Shown one piece after another: positions 37,373 to 45,203 of a stretch of DNA of 64,000 nt. The notes under the pieces were generated by a model. The model did not search any database, was not told the DNA's origin, and saw nothing but the letters and a program-made list of their open reading frames with translations. The DNA comes from Candidatus Shapirobacteria bacterium (GTDB lineage Bacteria > Patescibacteriota > Microgenomatia > UBA12405): assembly GCA_028704885.1 (NCBI GenBank), contig JAQWEN010000001.1:286679-350678 (forward strand). The letters run 5' to 3'. The stretch's first letter is position 1. Every line of letters begins with the position of its first letter. The translations under genes and the position numbers were made by a program.

Positions 37373-38360
37373 TTTGGGAACGAGATTTTACAACGTCTTT
37401 AGAAATTTTAGGTGAGTTTTCAAAAATAATTCTGGCTTTAGTGCCTGGACGGGGTGAATATCTAAAAACATGAATTTTAGAAAAACCAATTTTTTGACAC
37501 AAATTTAAAGTTTCTTGAAAATCTGATTCTGTTTCGGTTGGAAAACCAACAATAATATCTGTACCTAATTTTAGATCTCGGATTTCAGATCTCAGTTTTT
37601 CAGTTACTTCTTTAATTTTTTGAGAATTGTAAGGGCGGTTCATCAGTTTTAGAATTTTGTCAGAGCCGGATTGAATTGGAATATGAAGAAAATTAGATAA
37701 TCTTTCTGGATAACTCTTGAAAAGATTAATAAATTTTTGATCAATACAATTGATTGGGATGGAGCCAAAACTAATTAGTTTAATATCAGTTTTTTCTAAA
37801 ATTTCCTTAATTAAGGTTGAAAAATCATATTGATATTGATCAATATTAACTCCAGTGATTATTATTTCGGTATATCCATCAGAAACTGCCTTATTAACGG
37901 TTTCAATTGCTTTATTAATTTCTAGTGACCATAATTTGGGGCGTTTAAAGGGAACAATACAATAGGAACAAAATTGAGTACAACCAGATTGGATTTTTAA
38001 TAGAAAACGATGAGTATGACTAAATTTATCTTTAATTTTTGGAGTGTAGGAAGAATTTAATGTTTTTAATAATTCTTCTTTTGGATTAATGAATATATTG
38101 GAAAGATCTTTTATTTTTTCCAAATTAGCACAACCGGTGACATAAATTTTGGCGTCGGGATATTTTAAATGAAGATTTTTGACTTTATTTAGGGATTCTT
38201 TCTCCCCTTTTTTAGTAACAGAACAAGTGTTAATTAAAATTAAATCGGGATTAGAAATTGTAGGGAGATAACCTTGATTGACTAAAATTTGAGACCATTG
38301 ATTAGTTTCGGCAGAATTAACACGGCAACCAAAATTAACGGCGAGAAAAGTTTTTGACAT
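37332..38360 (-). CDS. mtaB: MtaB/MiaB-family tRNA methylthiotransferase (no TRAM domain)
   Basis: FGCRVN, INTCSVT, VTGC, CTQFCSYC, QSGSD, IHVFRYS.RPGT. Confidence 0.85.
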   Translation of the reverse strand: MSKTFLAVNFGCRVNSAETNQWSQILVNQGYLPTISNPDLILINTCSVTKKGEKESLNKVKNLHLKYPDAKIYVTGCANLEKIKDLSNIFINPKEELLKTLNSSYTPKIKDKFSHTHRFLLKIQSGCTQFCSYCIVPFKRPKLWSLEINKAIETVNKAVSDGYTEIIITGVNIDQYQYDFSTLIKEILEKTDIKLISFGSIPINCIDQKFINLFKSYPERLSNFLHIPIQSGSDKILKLMNRPYNSQKIKEVTEKLRSEIRDLKLGTDIIVGFPTETESDFQETLNLCQKIGFSKIHVFRYSPRPGTKARIIFENSPKISKDVVKSRSQIIFQNKLPSRQKP

Positions 38361-39238
38361 TATTTGTTTTGTGGGTGATTGGCAACAAATTCTTTAATGT
38401 AATCGAGAATATCAACAGTTGTATTCCAACCGAGTTCTTCACGAGCTTTGTTGGGGGCTTCTCCGGATTCAGTTCGGCCTGGATAACCATCAATATAATT
38501 TATTGGTCCACCAAAAGCTTGGGCTATTTCGGTTATTGAATATTCTTTGATATTTCCCAATGTATAGCCGTCACCGTTGCCTTTTTCGGCGGTTAAAATA
38601 ATACCTCGAGCTAAATCGCCAACATAGGTAAAATTGCGTTTTTGAGTTCCGGGTTTAATCACAGTAAAAGGTTCATTATTGAGATATTGTTGTTCAAATT
38701 TAGCAATTAAAGTGGCGTATTTACTGGTACCTTTTTCTCTTGGTCCAAAAGCGTTATAAAAATAACAAATGGCGTAGGGCAGATTGTACCAATGGCCATA
38801 GTTATTAATAAGATCAACATTCATGGCTTTGGAAAAAGAATAAGGATTAGCATTGCGTTCCTCACCGTTAGTAGCAAATTTAGTGGAAGATGCGGCATAA
38901 ACTAATTTACCAACACCCTTTTTTCGACAAAATTCAACAACAGCAAAGGTTCCGACAATATTTTGGTCATAAACTTTTTCAATATCATCAAAAGATGGGG
39001 TAATCCTGGCATATTCACCTAAATGAAAAACAATATTTGGAGTTTCAGGGATTAATTTGTCAATATCTTTGGTATGACCTTCGCGATATTCAGCTCCAAT
39101 AATATGATTATCTTTACTGCCATTGGAATAATTATCGAGAGAAATTATCTTGTCTTCGGGATTTTTTTGAATTAATTGTTCGATGATATGAGAACCGACG
39201 TGGCCGGCGCCACCAGTAACGAGAATTATTTTAGACAT
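38360..39238 (-). CDS. NAD-dependent epimerase/dehydratase
   Basis: TGGAGHVG, YSFSK, RNFTYV. Confidence 0.92.
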   Translation of the reverse strand: MSKIILVTGGAGHVGSHIIEQLIQKNPEDKIISLDNYSNGSKDNHIIGAEYREGHTKDIDKLIPETPNIVFHLGEYARITPSFDDIEKVYDQNIVGTFAVVEFCRKKGVGKLVYAASSTKFATNGEERNANPYSFSKAMNVDLINNYGHWYNLPYAICYFYNAFGPREKGTSKYATLIAKFEQQYLNNEPFTVIKPGTQKRNFTYVGDLARGIILTAEKGNGDGYTLGNIKEYSITEIAQAFGGPINYIDGYPGRTESGEAPNKAREELGWNTTVDILDYIKEFVANHPQNK

Positions 39239-39246
39239 ATGATTAA

Positions 39247-40344
39247 TTATAACCTACCAAGCCAATCAATTTTGAGTTTTTCAAAAGTGCCGTCTTTTAG
39301 TGCATTGCGAATAAGCTGGGTAGTGTGAGTCATAAAATAGATATTGTGAAGAGACATTAGTCGGTAGCCTAAAAGTTCCTGGGTTTTAAAGAGATGGTGA
39401 ATGTAAGCTTTGTCGTATTTTTGACAAGTGGGACATTGACAATCCTTATCAAGAGTTGTTTGGTCATTTTTGTATTTGATGTGCATAATCTGATCTTTAA
39501 ATCGGTTTTTTAGATTAAATTTAGCATTGCCGGTGCGATGTAAAAATTGACCGCCGCGAGCCATACGGGTAGGAAGAGTGCAATCCATAGAGGTAATCCC
39601 CTGCCCAAAGAAATCAAAAAGATCATCAACTTCACCAACTCCTAATAAATGAATTGGTTTGCCGGTTTTAAGAGCATAAGGCAAAACCCATTCAACAGCT
39701 TGACGCATTTTGTCTTTTGGTTCGCCAACAGAAACCCCACCAATGGCGATACCGTCAAAATCTTGAGAACAAATAAATTCGGCTGATTGCTGTCGTAAAT
39801 CTTTATAATAACTACCCTGAATAACTCCGTATAATTTTAAATCTTGATTAAGTTTTTTGTTTAATTTTTTGTGTTCAATTAAGGACCTGACTGCCCAACG
39901 ATGGGTACGGTCTAAAGCTTGTTGAGCATATTCTTTGGTGGCTGGATAGGGAGTACATTCATCGAAAGCGATAATATTGTCAGCGCCAAGATTATGTTGA
40001 ATTTGAATTGATTTTTCAGGAGTAAAAAAATGGAGAGCGCCGTCGAGGTGAGATCGAAATTCGACACCGTCTTCGGAAATTTTGATTAAAGAACCGGCGC
40101 CGTTATGGTCTTTACCAAGAGAAAAAACTTGAAAACCACCGGAATCGGTGATCAATTGACCGTCCCATCGGGTAAATTTATGAAGTCCGCCAAATTTTTT
40201 AATAGCTTTATCACCGGGACGAAGATATAAATGATAGGTATTACAAAAGAAAATTTCCACACCAATGGCTTTTAAATCTTCTGGAGTTAGTGATTTGACC
40301 GTGGCTTGAGTACCAACCGGAACAAAAGTAGGTTCTTTTAACAT
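39247..40344 (-). CDS. tgt: tRNA-guanine transglycosylase
   Basis: NTYHLYLRPG, TDSGGFQVFSL, DEC, CQCPTC. Confidence 0.96.
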   Translation of the reverse strand: MLKEPTFVPVGTQATVKSLTPEDLKAIGVEIFFCNTYHLYLRPGDKAIKKFGGLHKFTRWDGQLITDSGGFQVFSLGKDHNGAGSLIKISEDGVEFRSHLDGALHFFTPEKSIQIQHNLGADNIIAFDECTPYPATKEYAQQALDRTHRWAVRSLIEHKKLNKKLNQDLKLYGVIQGSYYKDLRQQSAEFICSQDFDGIAIGGVSVGEPKDKMRQAVEWVLPYALKTGKPIHLLGVGEVDDLFDFFGQGITSMDCTLPTRMARGGQFLHRTGNAKFNLKNRFKDQIMHIKYKNDQTTLDKDCQCPTCQKYDKAYIHHLFKTQELLGYRLMSLHNIYFMTHTTQLIRNALKDGTFEKLKIDWLGRL

Positions 40345-40362
40345 GGGGTAATTATATCAATA

Positions 40363-40851
40363 TTAAATTATTTGTTGCCATCGACCATTAGAAATGGTTG
40401 GAGTTTTAAAACCAATTGGGTTTTTTAAATATAATTGGTTTGGATGTTCTAATAAAATTTCCGTCTCTTCTAATTTTTTTATTTCAATTCTTTCACCATT
40501 TTTTCCTGGGGAATGGATATATTCTTGATTATTAATCATAATTCCAACATGTCTGGGAACTAAGCCGTTTCTACTAAAAAAGACTAAATCTCCTTGGCGG
40601 GGTATATGAGTTAATACTCCAAAATGATCAAAAAATTCACTGGCGTGTCTTATTTCTCCTGGTACAGAAATACCAGATTTCTGTAAAACATATTTAACAA
40701 AACCAGAACAGTCGAAGCCAGTTTCAAAAGAACAACCTAATTGATGATCTTCATTATCTTTTGGATGATTACGCGAATTAAAACCGACCAATTTTAGGGC
40801 TTCATTGACAATAGTTTCTCGGAAATGATTTTGGGGTTCTTTCTCATACAT
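40363..40851 (-). CDS. NlpC/P60 family protein
   Basis: GFDCSGFV, GDLVFF, HVGI, IHS. Confidence 0.92.
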   Translation of the reverse strand: MYEKEPQNHFRETIVNEALKLVGFNSRNHPKDNEDHQLGCSFETGFDCSGFVKYVLQKSGISVPGEIRHASEFFDHFGVLTHIPRQGDLVFFSRNGLVPRHVGIMINNQEYIHSPGKNGERIEIKKLEETEILLEHPNQLYLKNPIGFKTPTISNGRWQQII

Positions 40852-40872
40852 TTGATGGAATTAATTAAAAAT

Positions 40873-40946
40873 TGGAGCGGGTAGGGGGAATCGGACCCCC
40901 GCCGAAAGATTGGAAATCTCTCGTTCTACCACTAAACTATACCCGC
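40873..40946 (-). tRNA. tRNA-Gly(TCC)
   Basis: ttTCCaa loop; CCA encoded; T-loop TCCGATT. Confidence 0.93.
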
Positions 40947-40954
40947 AGATTTTG

Positions 40955-41028
40955 TCGGGGATACAGGATTCGAACCTGCAACCTCACGCTCCCAAAGCGT
41001 GCACGCTAGCCAATTGCGCCAATCCCCG
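40955..41028 (-). tRNA. tRNA-Pro(TGG)
   Basis: cacgc-ttTGGga-gcgtg. Confidence 0.95.
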
Positions 41029-41050
41029 CCTTCGCTGAAGCTTCGGCGGG
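41025..41050. repeat. REP-like palindrome, copy 1
   Basis: cccgccttcgctgaagcttcggcggg; related to 51438-51470. Confidence 0.65.
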
Positions 41051-41067
41051 TAAACCCGCTTCTACTT

Positions 41068-41155
41068 TGGTGCCGCAGGAGGGAATCGAACCCCCACGCT
41101 TGTTGAGAGCACAAGATTTTAAGTCTTGCGTGTATACCAGTTTCACCACTGCGGC
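41068..41155 (-). tRNA. tRNA-Leu(TAA)
   Basis: caaga-ctTAAaa-tcttg; CCA encoded. Confidence 0.95.
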
Positions 41156-41234
41156 AAACATTGTGTCAGTATTATATCAATTTTAGATAAAATGGGTATA
41201 AATAATTTTAATGATATTGGTATAATTGGCCTAA

Positions 41235-41316
41235 GCCAAGGTGTTGAAATTGGTATACAAGCATCGCTCAGAACGGTGTGTCGTAAGACTTGTGGGTTCA
41301 AGTCCCACCCTTGGCA
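41235..41316 (+). tRNA. tRNA-Leu(CAG)
   Basis: catcg-ctCAGaa-cggtg. Confidence 0.95.
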
Positions 41317-41366
41317 CTTAATTCTTTAGTTTTAGTGTAAAGTTGTTTATAATAAGGACACTTCTA

Positions 41367-41439
41367 GCCGAAGTAGCCAAGATGGTCACGGCACTGGTCT
41401 GAAAAACCTGGGATGTCAGTTCGAGTCTGACCTTCGGCA
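41367..41439 (+). tRNA. tRNA-Phe(GAA)
   Basis: ctGAAaa loop; one T-T mismatch in anticodon stem. Confidence 0.92.
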
Positions 41440-41463
41440 CAAATTGATATAATATATAGATAT

Positions 41464-41536
41464 GCGAGAGTAGCTCAATTGGTGGAGCGTCTCCTTGCCA
41501 AGGAGAAGGTCGCGGGTTCGAATCCCGTCTCTCGCT
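41464..41536 (+). tRNA. tRNA-Gly(GCC)
   Basis: tctcc-ttGCCaa-ggaga. Confidence 0.95.
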
Positions 41537-41556
41537 CACTTTATTTAGACCCTGAG

Positions 41557-41629
41557 GGCCACTTAGCTCAGTTGGTAGAGCGCTTCGTTTACATCGAAGA
41601 TGTCGGGGGTCCGAGTCCCTCAGTGGCCA
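41557..41629 (+). tRNA. tRNA-Val(TAC)
   Basis: cttcg-ttTACat-cgaag; T-loop TCCGAGT. Confidence 0.93.
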
Positions 41630-41638
41630 CAACAACTT

Positions 41639-41720
41639 GCCGATGTGGTGAAATTGGTATACACGTACGCTTGAGGTGCGTATGCCGCAAGGTGTGGGGG
41701 TTCAAGTCCCTCCATCGGCA
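41639..41720 (+). tRNA. tRNA-Leu(GAG)
   Basis: tacgc-ttGAGgt-gcgta. Confidence 0.95.
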
Positions 41721-41731
41721 CATAAAGACAA

Positions 41732-41802
41732 TGCCCCGTCGTCTAATGGTAGGACATCAGCCTTTGGAGCTGAGTACTGTGGTTCGAATCCATGCGGGGC
41801 AA
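41732..41802 (+). tRNA. tRNA-Gln(TTG)
   Basis: tcagc-ctTTGga-gctga. Confidence 0.95.
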
Positions 41803-41817
41803 CAAAAATAAAAATCT

Positions 41818-42285
41818 ATGATTTGGAAGAAACCTCATATCTCAAAAATTTACGAAGCATTGACGGCGATTGCTGACGATATGTTAGAAATAAATGGAAA
41901 TAAGGCCAAATGTTATTTGTCATCTGGTGATAAATTTTACGATATTCAATATGACCCAATAAATAGCAGTATTATGTCGAATGATAATACAGCTTTCTAT
42001 ACTTATTCTTTAAGTTATCCAATGATCGCCTATTTAATGTTAATTAATAAAATCCCCTATGAAAGAAAATTATTAGAAATTTTAAAAGATATTTGTTGGG
42101 AAAATATTAATAAAAAATTTAAAAATGATTATGATAAGTCAATTAAATTAGTTTTAGGGGAATTAAAAAGTGAAGGTGAAAATGTTGATTTTATTAGAGA
42201 AGAAATACAGAAAATATATAATTTTGTTTGTAAATTGGAAATAAAAACTTTAGGAAAATTACAAAAACCATTAAGAGAATATTAA
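41818..42285 (+). CDS. Hypothetical protein
   Basis: 155 aa; KIYEAL.AIAD, SNDN, LSYPMIA; function unknown. Confidence 0.7.
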   Translation: MIWKKPHISKIYEALTAIADDMLEINGNKAKCYLSSGDKFYDIQYDPINSSIMSNDNTAFYTYSLSYPMIAYLMLINKIPYERKLLEILKDICWENINKKFKNDYDKSIKLVLGELKSEGENVDFIREEIQKIYNFVCKLEIKTLGKLQKPLREY

Positions 42286-42319
42286 AATATTGGTCTGTTC
42301 AGGGTGTAAAATCTAAAAC

Positions 42320-43030
42320 ATGGCGCCAAAAAAGAAATGGTTAAAATTTGATCTTCATATGCACACGTCTAGAAGTGATGGAAAGAATAGCGTTAAAGAA
42401 ATGTTAATGACGGCAAAAAGAAGAGGTTTGGATGTGGTGGCAATAACTGATCATAATTTGCCAAATAAATTTAACCCAGAAAAAATTTTTGAAAAATATG
42501 GAATATATGTGATTCCTGGATGTGAATTATCCGTTTTGAACGGCCATATTTTAGTGTTGGGTTTGGATCCAAAATTAGTCGAAGAGAAATTAAAACAATA
42601 TAAAATTAGAGAAAAAACTTCCTCAATTGTAATAAGAAAAAAAACAATAATAAAAATATTGGAATATTTTGTAGAAAATGGTGCATTAATAATAGCAGCT
42701 CATCCAAAAATACCGTCGGGAGTGATGTCGTTGAAAGGTAATTTTTTAATGAATCTTTATAAAAAAGGTTTGATTCATGGAGCAGAAACTCACAATGATG
42801 ACTTGGAAAAAAAGTTTAAGAGAAAATTTTATTTGGTTTGGCATAAATTGGCTAAAAATTTTATGTTAAGATCGGGAATTCCTCCCTATGCAAACAGTGA
42901 TGCTCACTTTAAAAATAGAATTGGAAACAGATTTAATATGGTTAAATTGGATGATCCAACTAAACTTTTAGAAGTTTTAAAAAAAGGAAAAATCGAGATC
43001 AGGCATGGAACCAGAAGTGATCTAAGTTAA
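42320..43030 (+). CDS. PHP domain metallophosphoesterase
   Basis: DLHMHT..SDG, AITDHN, GCE, GH, AHP, NSDAH. Confidence 0.9.
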   Translation: MAPKKKWLKFDLHMHTSRSDGKNSVKEMLMTAKRRGLDVVAITDHNLPNKFNPEKIFEKYGIYVIPGCELSVLNGHILVLGLDPKLVEEKLKQYKIREKTSSIVIRKKTIIKILEYFVENGALIIAAHPKIPSGVMSLKGNFLMNLYKKGLIHGAETHNDDLEKKFKRKFYLVWHKLAKNFMLRSGIPPYANSDAHFKNRIGNRFNMVKLDDPTKLLEVLKKGKIEIRHGTRSDLS

Positions 43031-43031
43031 T

Positions 43032-43250
43032 TTATTTTTTAATAGAAGATGAAGGAGTGGCAGAGGGAGCAATTTGAGCTGATTGAGTGGCTGGAATAGG
43101 AGTTGGAAGAACTAATGGTTCAGCTTCGAGTCTTTTTAAAATTGTCCAATCAATACTTTTATAGGACAAATAGCCGGCATAGAGCAGAAATCCAAACAAA
43201 ACAAAGACAATAGTGTTGCCAATATAATCTGGTTTTTTGTTTTTTTCCAT
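43032..43250 (-). CDS. Small membrane protein with Pro/Thr/Ser tail
   Basis: One TM helix; LPTPIPATQSA. Confidence 0.7.
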   Translation of the reverse strand: MEKNKKPDYIGNTIVFVLFGFLLYAGYLSYKSIDWTILKRLEAEPLVLPTPIPATQSAQIAPSATPSSSIKK

Positions 43251-43254
43251 AATT

Positions 43255-44592
43255 TTATTTTACCCTGGTTATGGTGTAAGTGTTAGGGTAAGACAAGAAA
43301 ATAGCTGGTGATTCTTCTAGAAGATATTTTTGAAAATCTTGATAAATACTTTTCCTTTCTAATTGATCAATTACAAATCGACCATCTTCTAAGAGTTTAT
43401 CAATACGAGAATCGTTAAGTTTAGTTAAATTACTTTTTGTTTGAGTAGAATGCCAAAATAAATATTGATCAGGGTCGTGAGGAATAGAACCGTAAGTTAG
43501 AATAGCGTCAAAATTTTCAGTGTCTATTTGGCTTTCAATAGTTATATTAGTTTTTAATTTTAAAATATCTTCCCAAGATTTTTTTATTTCTTCAGCTACT
43601 GGTAATAATCTTCTGTCTCCTACTGTGAGATTAATAGTATCAATTTTATTGTTTTCAAAAAGTTCTTTAGCTCGGGTGGCATTAAAATTGTATTCTTTAA
43701 CGGTGGAATTATAAGCCCAAGATTCGGGAGAAATAGGACCTAAACATCTTTCATTTTTATCTTTAGTTTTAGGAGTAGCATAGGCTAGAGCTTGGCGTAA
43801 TTGTTTATTATTAATTTTTTGAGTATTTAAAAATATAGCCGAATATTTTTGATTAGTTTCAATTTCTTGGTTTATTTTGCTTTTACTCCAATTAGATAAT
43901 TCTGGAGGAAGAGAAGTAATTTTAATTTTATTAACATCACCTAATTTATAGGCATTAATTAAGTCATTTTCATTTTGGTAAAAACGATAGATAAGACGAG
44001 GAAGATTATCTTTAATGGGAACTAAATAAAGAGTTTTTAAATGGCCTTCTTGAAGTGAATAATTTTTTATTTTATAAGGCCCTAGACCAATAGTATTTAT
44101 TTTGAATAAAGGTTTACTTAAAACTGAAAGAACTGGAGAGAATTGTTTTTCCAGGCTAATTTTTACTTTGTTTTCGCTTAAAGTAGAAACTTTTATACCG
44201 GAAATTGACGAATAATCTATGTCACTGCTAATTAATTTTTTACCGTTATGCCAAAAAATATTATCTTTAAGAGTAAAGATATAATCTTTATTCTCGTTTT
44301 CAATATTTAGTGATTCGACTATTGGAGATATACCAGTTTTGTCATTTTCAGAATTAATAGTTAAACCAAAACTAATCTGATTAACAATTTCTTCTGGAAG
44401 ATTTTTGAGAGTATATAAACCTTCAATTCCAATAGTTTCTTTTTTAAAAATAGGCAAATTAATAAATTTAGTTATTTCACTTTTAAAGTAAATAGCACAA
44501 AAACCAACACTGATCCCTATCAGGATAATCCAAATTCTCCTTCTGATAAAAGAAAAAAAATACTCGATTTTGAAATGAATTTTAGTGAACAA
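43255..44592 (-). CDS. Family 5 (peptide) ABC substrate-binding-like protein
   Basis: YIFTLKDNIFWHNG, GLGPYKI, LRQALAYA, DPDQY.FWHS, P.IFL. Confidence 0.85.
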   Translation of the reverse strand: MFTKIHFKIEYFFSFIRRRIWIILIGISVGFCAIYFKSEITKFINLPIFKKETIGIEGLYTLKNLPEEIVNQISFGLTINSENDKTGISPIVESLNIENENKDYIFTLKDNIFWHNGKKLISSDIDYSSISGIKVSTLSENKVKISLEKQFSPVLSVLSKPLFKINTIGLGPYKIKNYSLQEGHLKTLYLVPIKDNLPRLIYRFYQNENDLINAYKLGDVNKIKITSLPPELSNWSKSKINQEIETNQKYSAIFLNTQKINNKQLRQALAYATPKTKDKNERCLGPISPESWAYNSTVKEYNFNATRAKELFENNKIDTINLTVGDRRLLPVAEEIKKSWEDILKLKTNITIESQIDTENFDAILTYGSIPHDPDQYLFWHSTQTKSNLTKLNDSRIDKLLEDGRFVIDQLERKSIYQDFQKYLLEESPAIFLSYPNTYTITRVK

Positions 44593-44598
44593 GGTTGT

Positions 44599-44811
44599 TT
44601 AGATAAGGGTTTGGATAATTGATGAAATTAAAAAAATGACAATGATAAAAATAGTAAAATTAAACATAACTTTTTCCCAACCTCTCTTTTCAACAGTGGT
44701 TGATGAAAGAATGTTGGATCCAGATTCAGTATCGCCATTTGATTGAAGAAAAATGAGAGTGCTTAGTAAAATTGAGAGAACTATTTGGATAATGACTAGA
44801 GTGTTTTTCAT
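44599..44811 (-). CDS. secG: Preprotein translocase subunit SecG
   Basis: Two TMs, IFLQ, KRGWEK. Confidence 0.8.
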   Translation of the reverse strand: MKNTLVIIQIVLSILLSTLIFLQSNGDTESGSNILSSTTVEKRGWEKVMFNFTIFIIVIFLISSIIQTLI

Positions 44812-45203
44812 TTTTTAGGTTTGCTTTTATGCAAAATTAGATTATAAATATATAAAATTATACCAATAGTGAAGGAACTTAATAAATAAGCCCAAAAATT
44901 ATTGACCTGGTAATTATACTGAGATATATAAATATTACCTACTTGGAAATCGGAAAGAAAGAAAACAGCTAAATAGAGACCTAAAGTGTCAATAACCACT
45001 CTAAATAATCCTAAGGTTAGGATATTAATAGGGATAAGTAAAATTTTTATAATTGGTTTTAAAAGAAGTTCAAAAACAGTTAAGACAATGGCAACTTTAA
45101 TAATTGTCAAAGGAATTTTTTCGAAAGATAAATTTTGCCAAATTTGATTAGCGGTTATTAAAGAGAAAGTGAAAAGAATTATGTATCGAAGTACTTTTTT
45201 CAT
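44808..45203 (-). CDS. YvlD/phage holin family membrane protein
   Basis: LKPIIKILLIPINILTLGLF. Confidence 0.85.
   Translation of the reverse strand: MKKVLRYIILFTFSLITANQIWQNLSFEKIPLTIIKVAIVLTVFELLLKPIIKILLIPINILTLGLFRVVIDTLGLYLAVFFLSDFQVGNIYISQYNYQVNNFWAYLLSSFTIGIILYIYNLILHKSKPKK

Noticed and set aside
7815-37607. CRISPR array from the short tandem repeats
   Set aside because: Units are 7-15 nt, degenerate, without unique spacers; no cas genes
33918-41876. ORFs 33918-34160, 40932-41114, 41126-41329, 41318-41635, 41479-41811, 41676-41876
   Set aside because: They overlap tRNA genes; artefacts of GC-rich tRNA sequence
44808-45203. Prophage suggested by the holin-family gene
   Set aside because: YvlD-type proteins are commonly chromosomal; no phage structural, integrase or lysin genes adjacent
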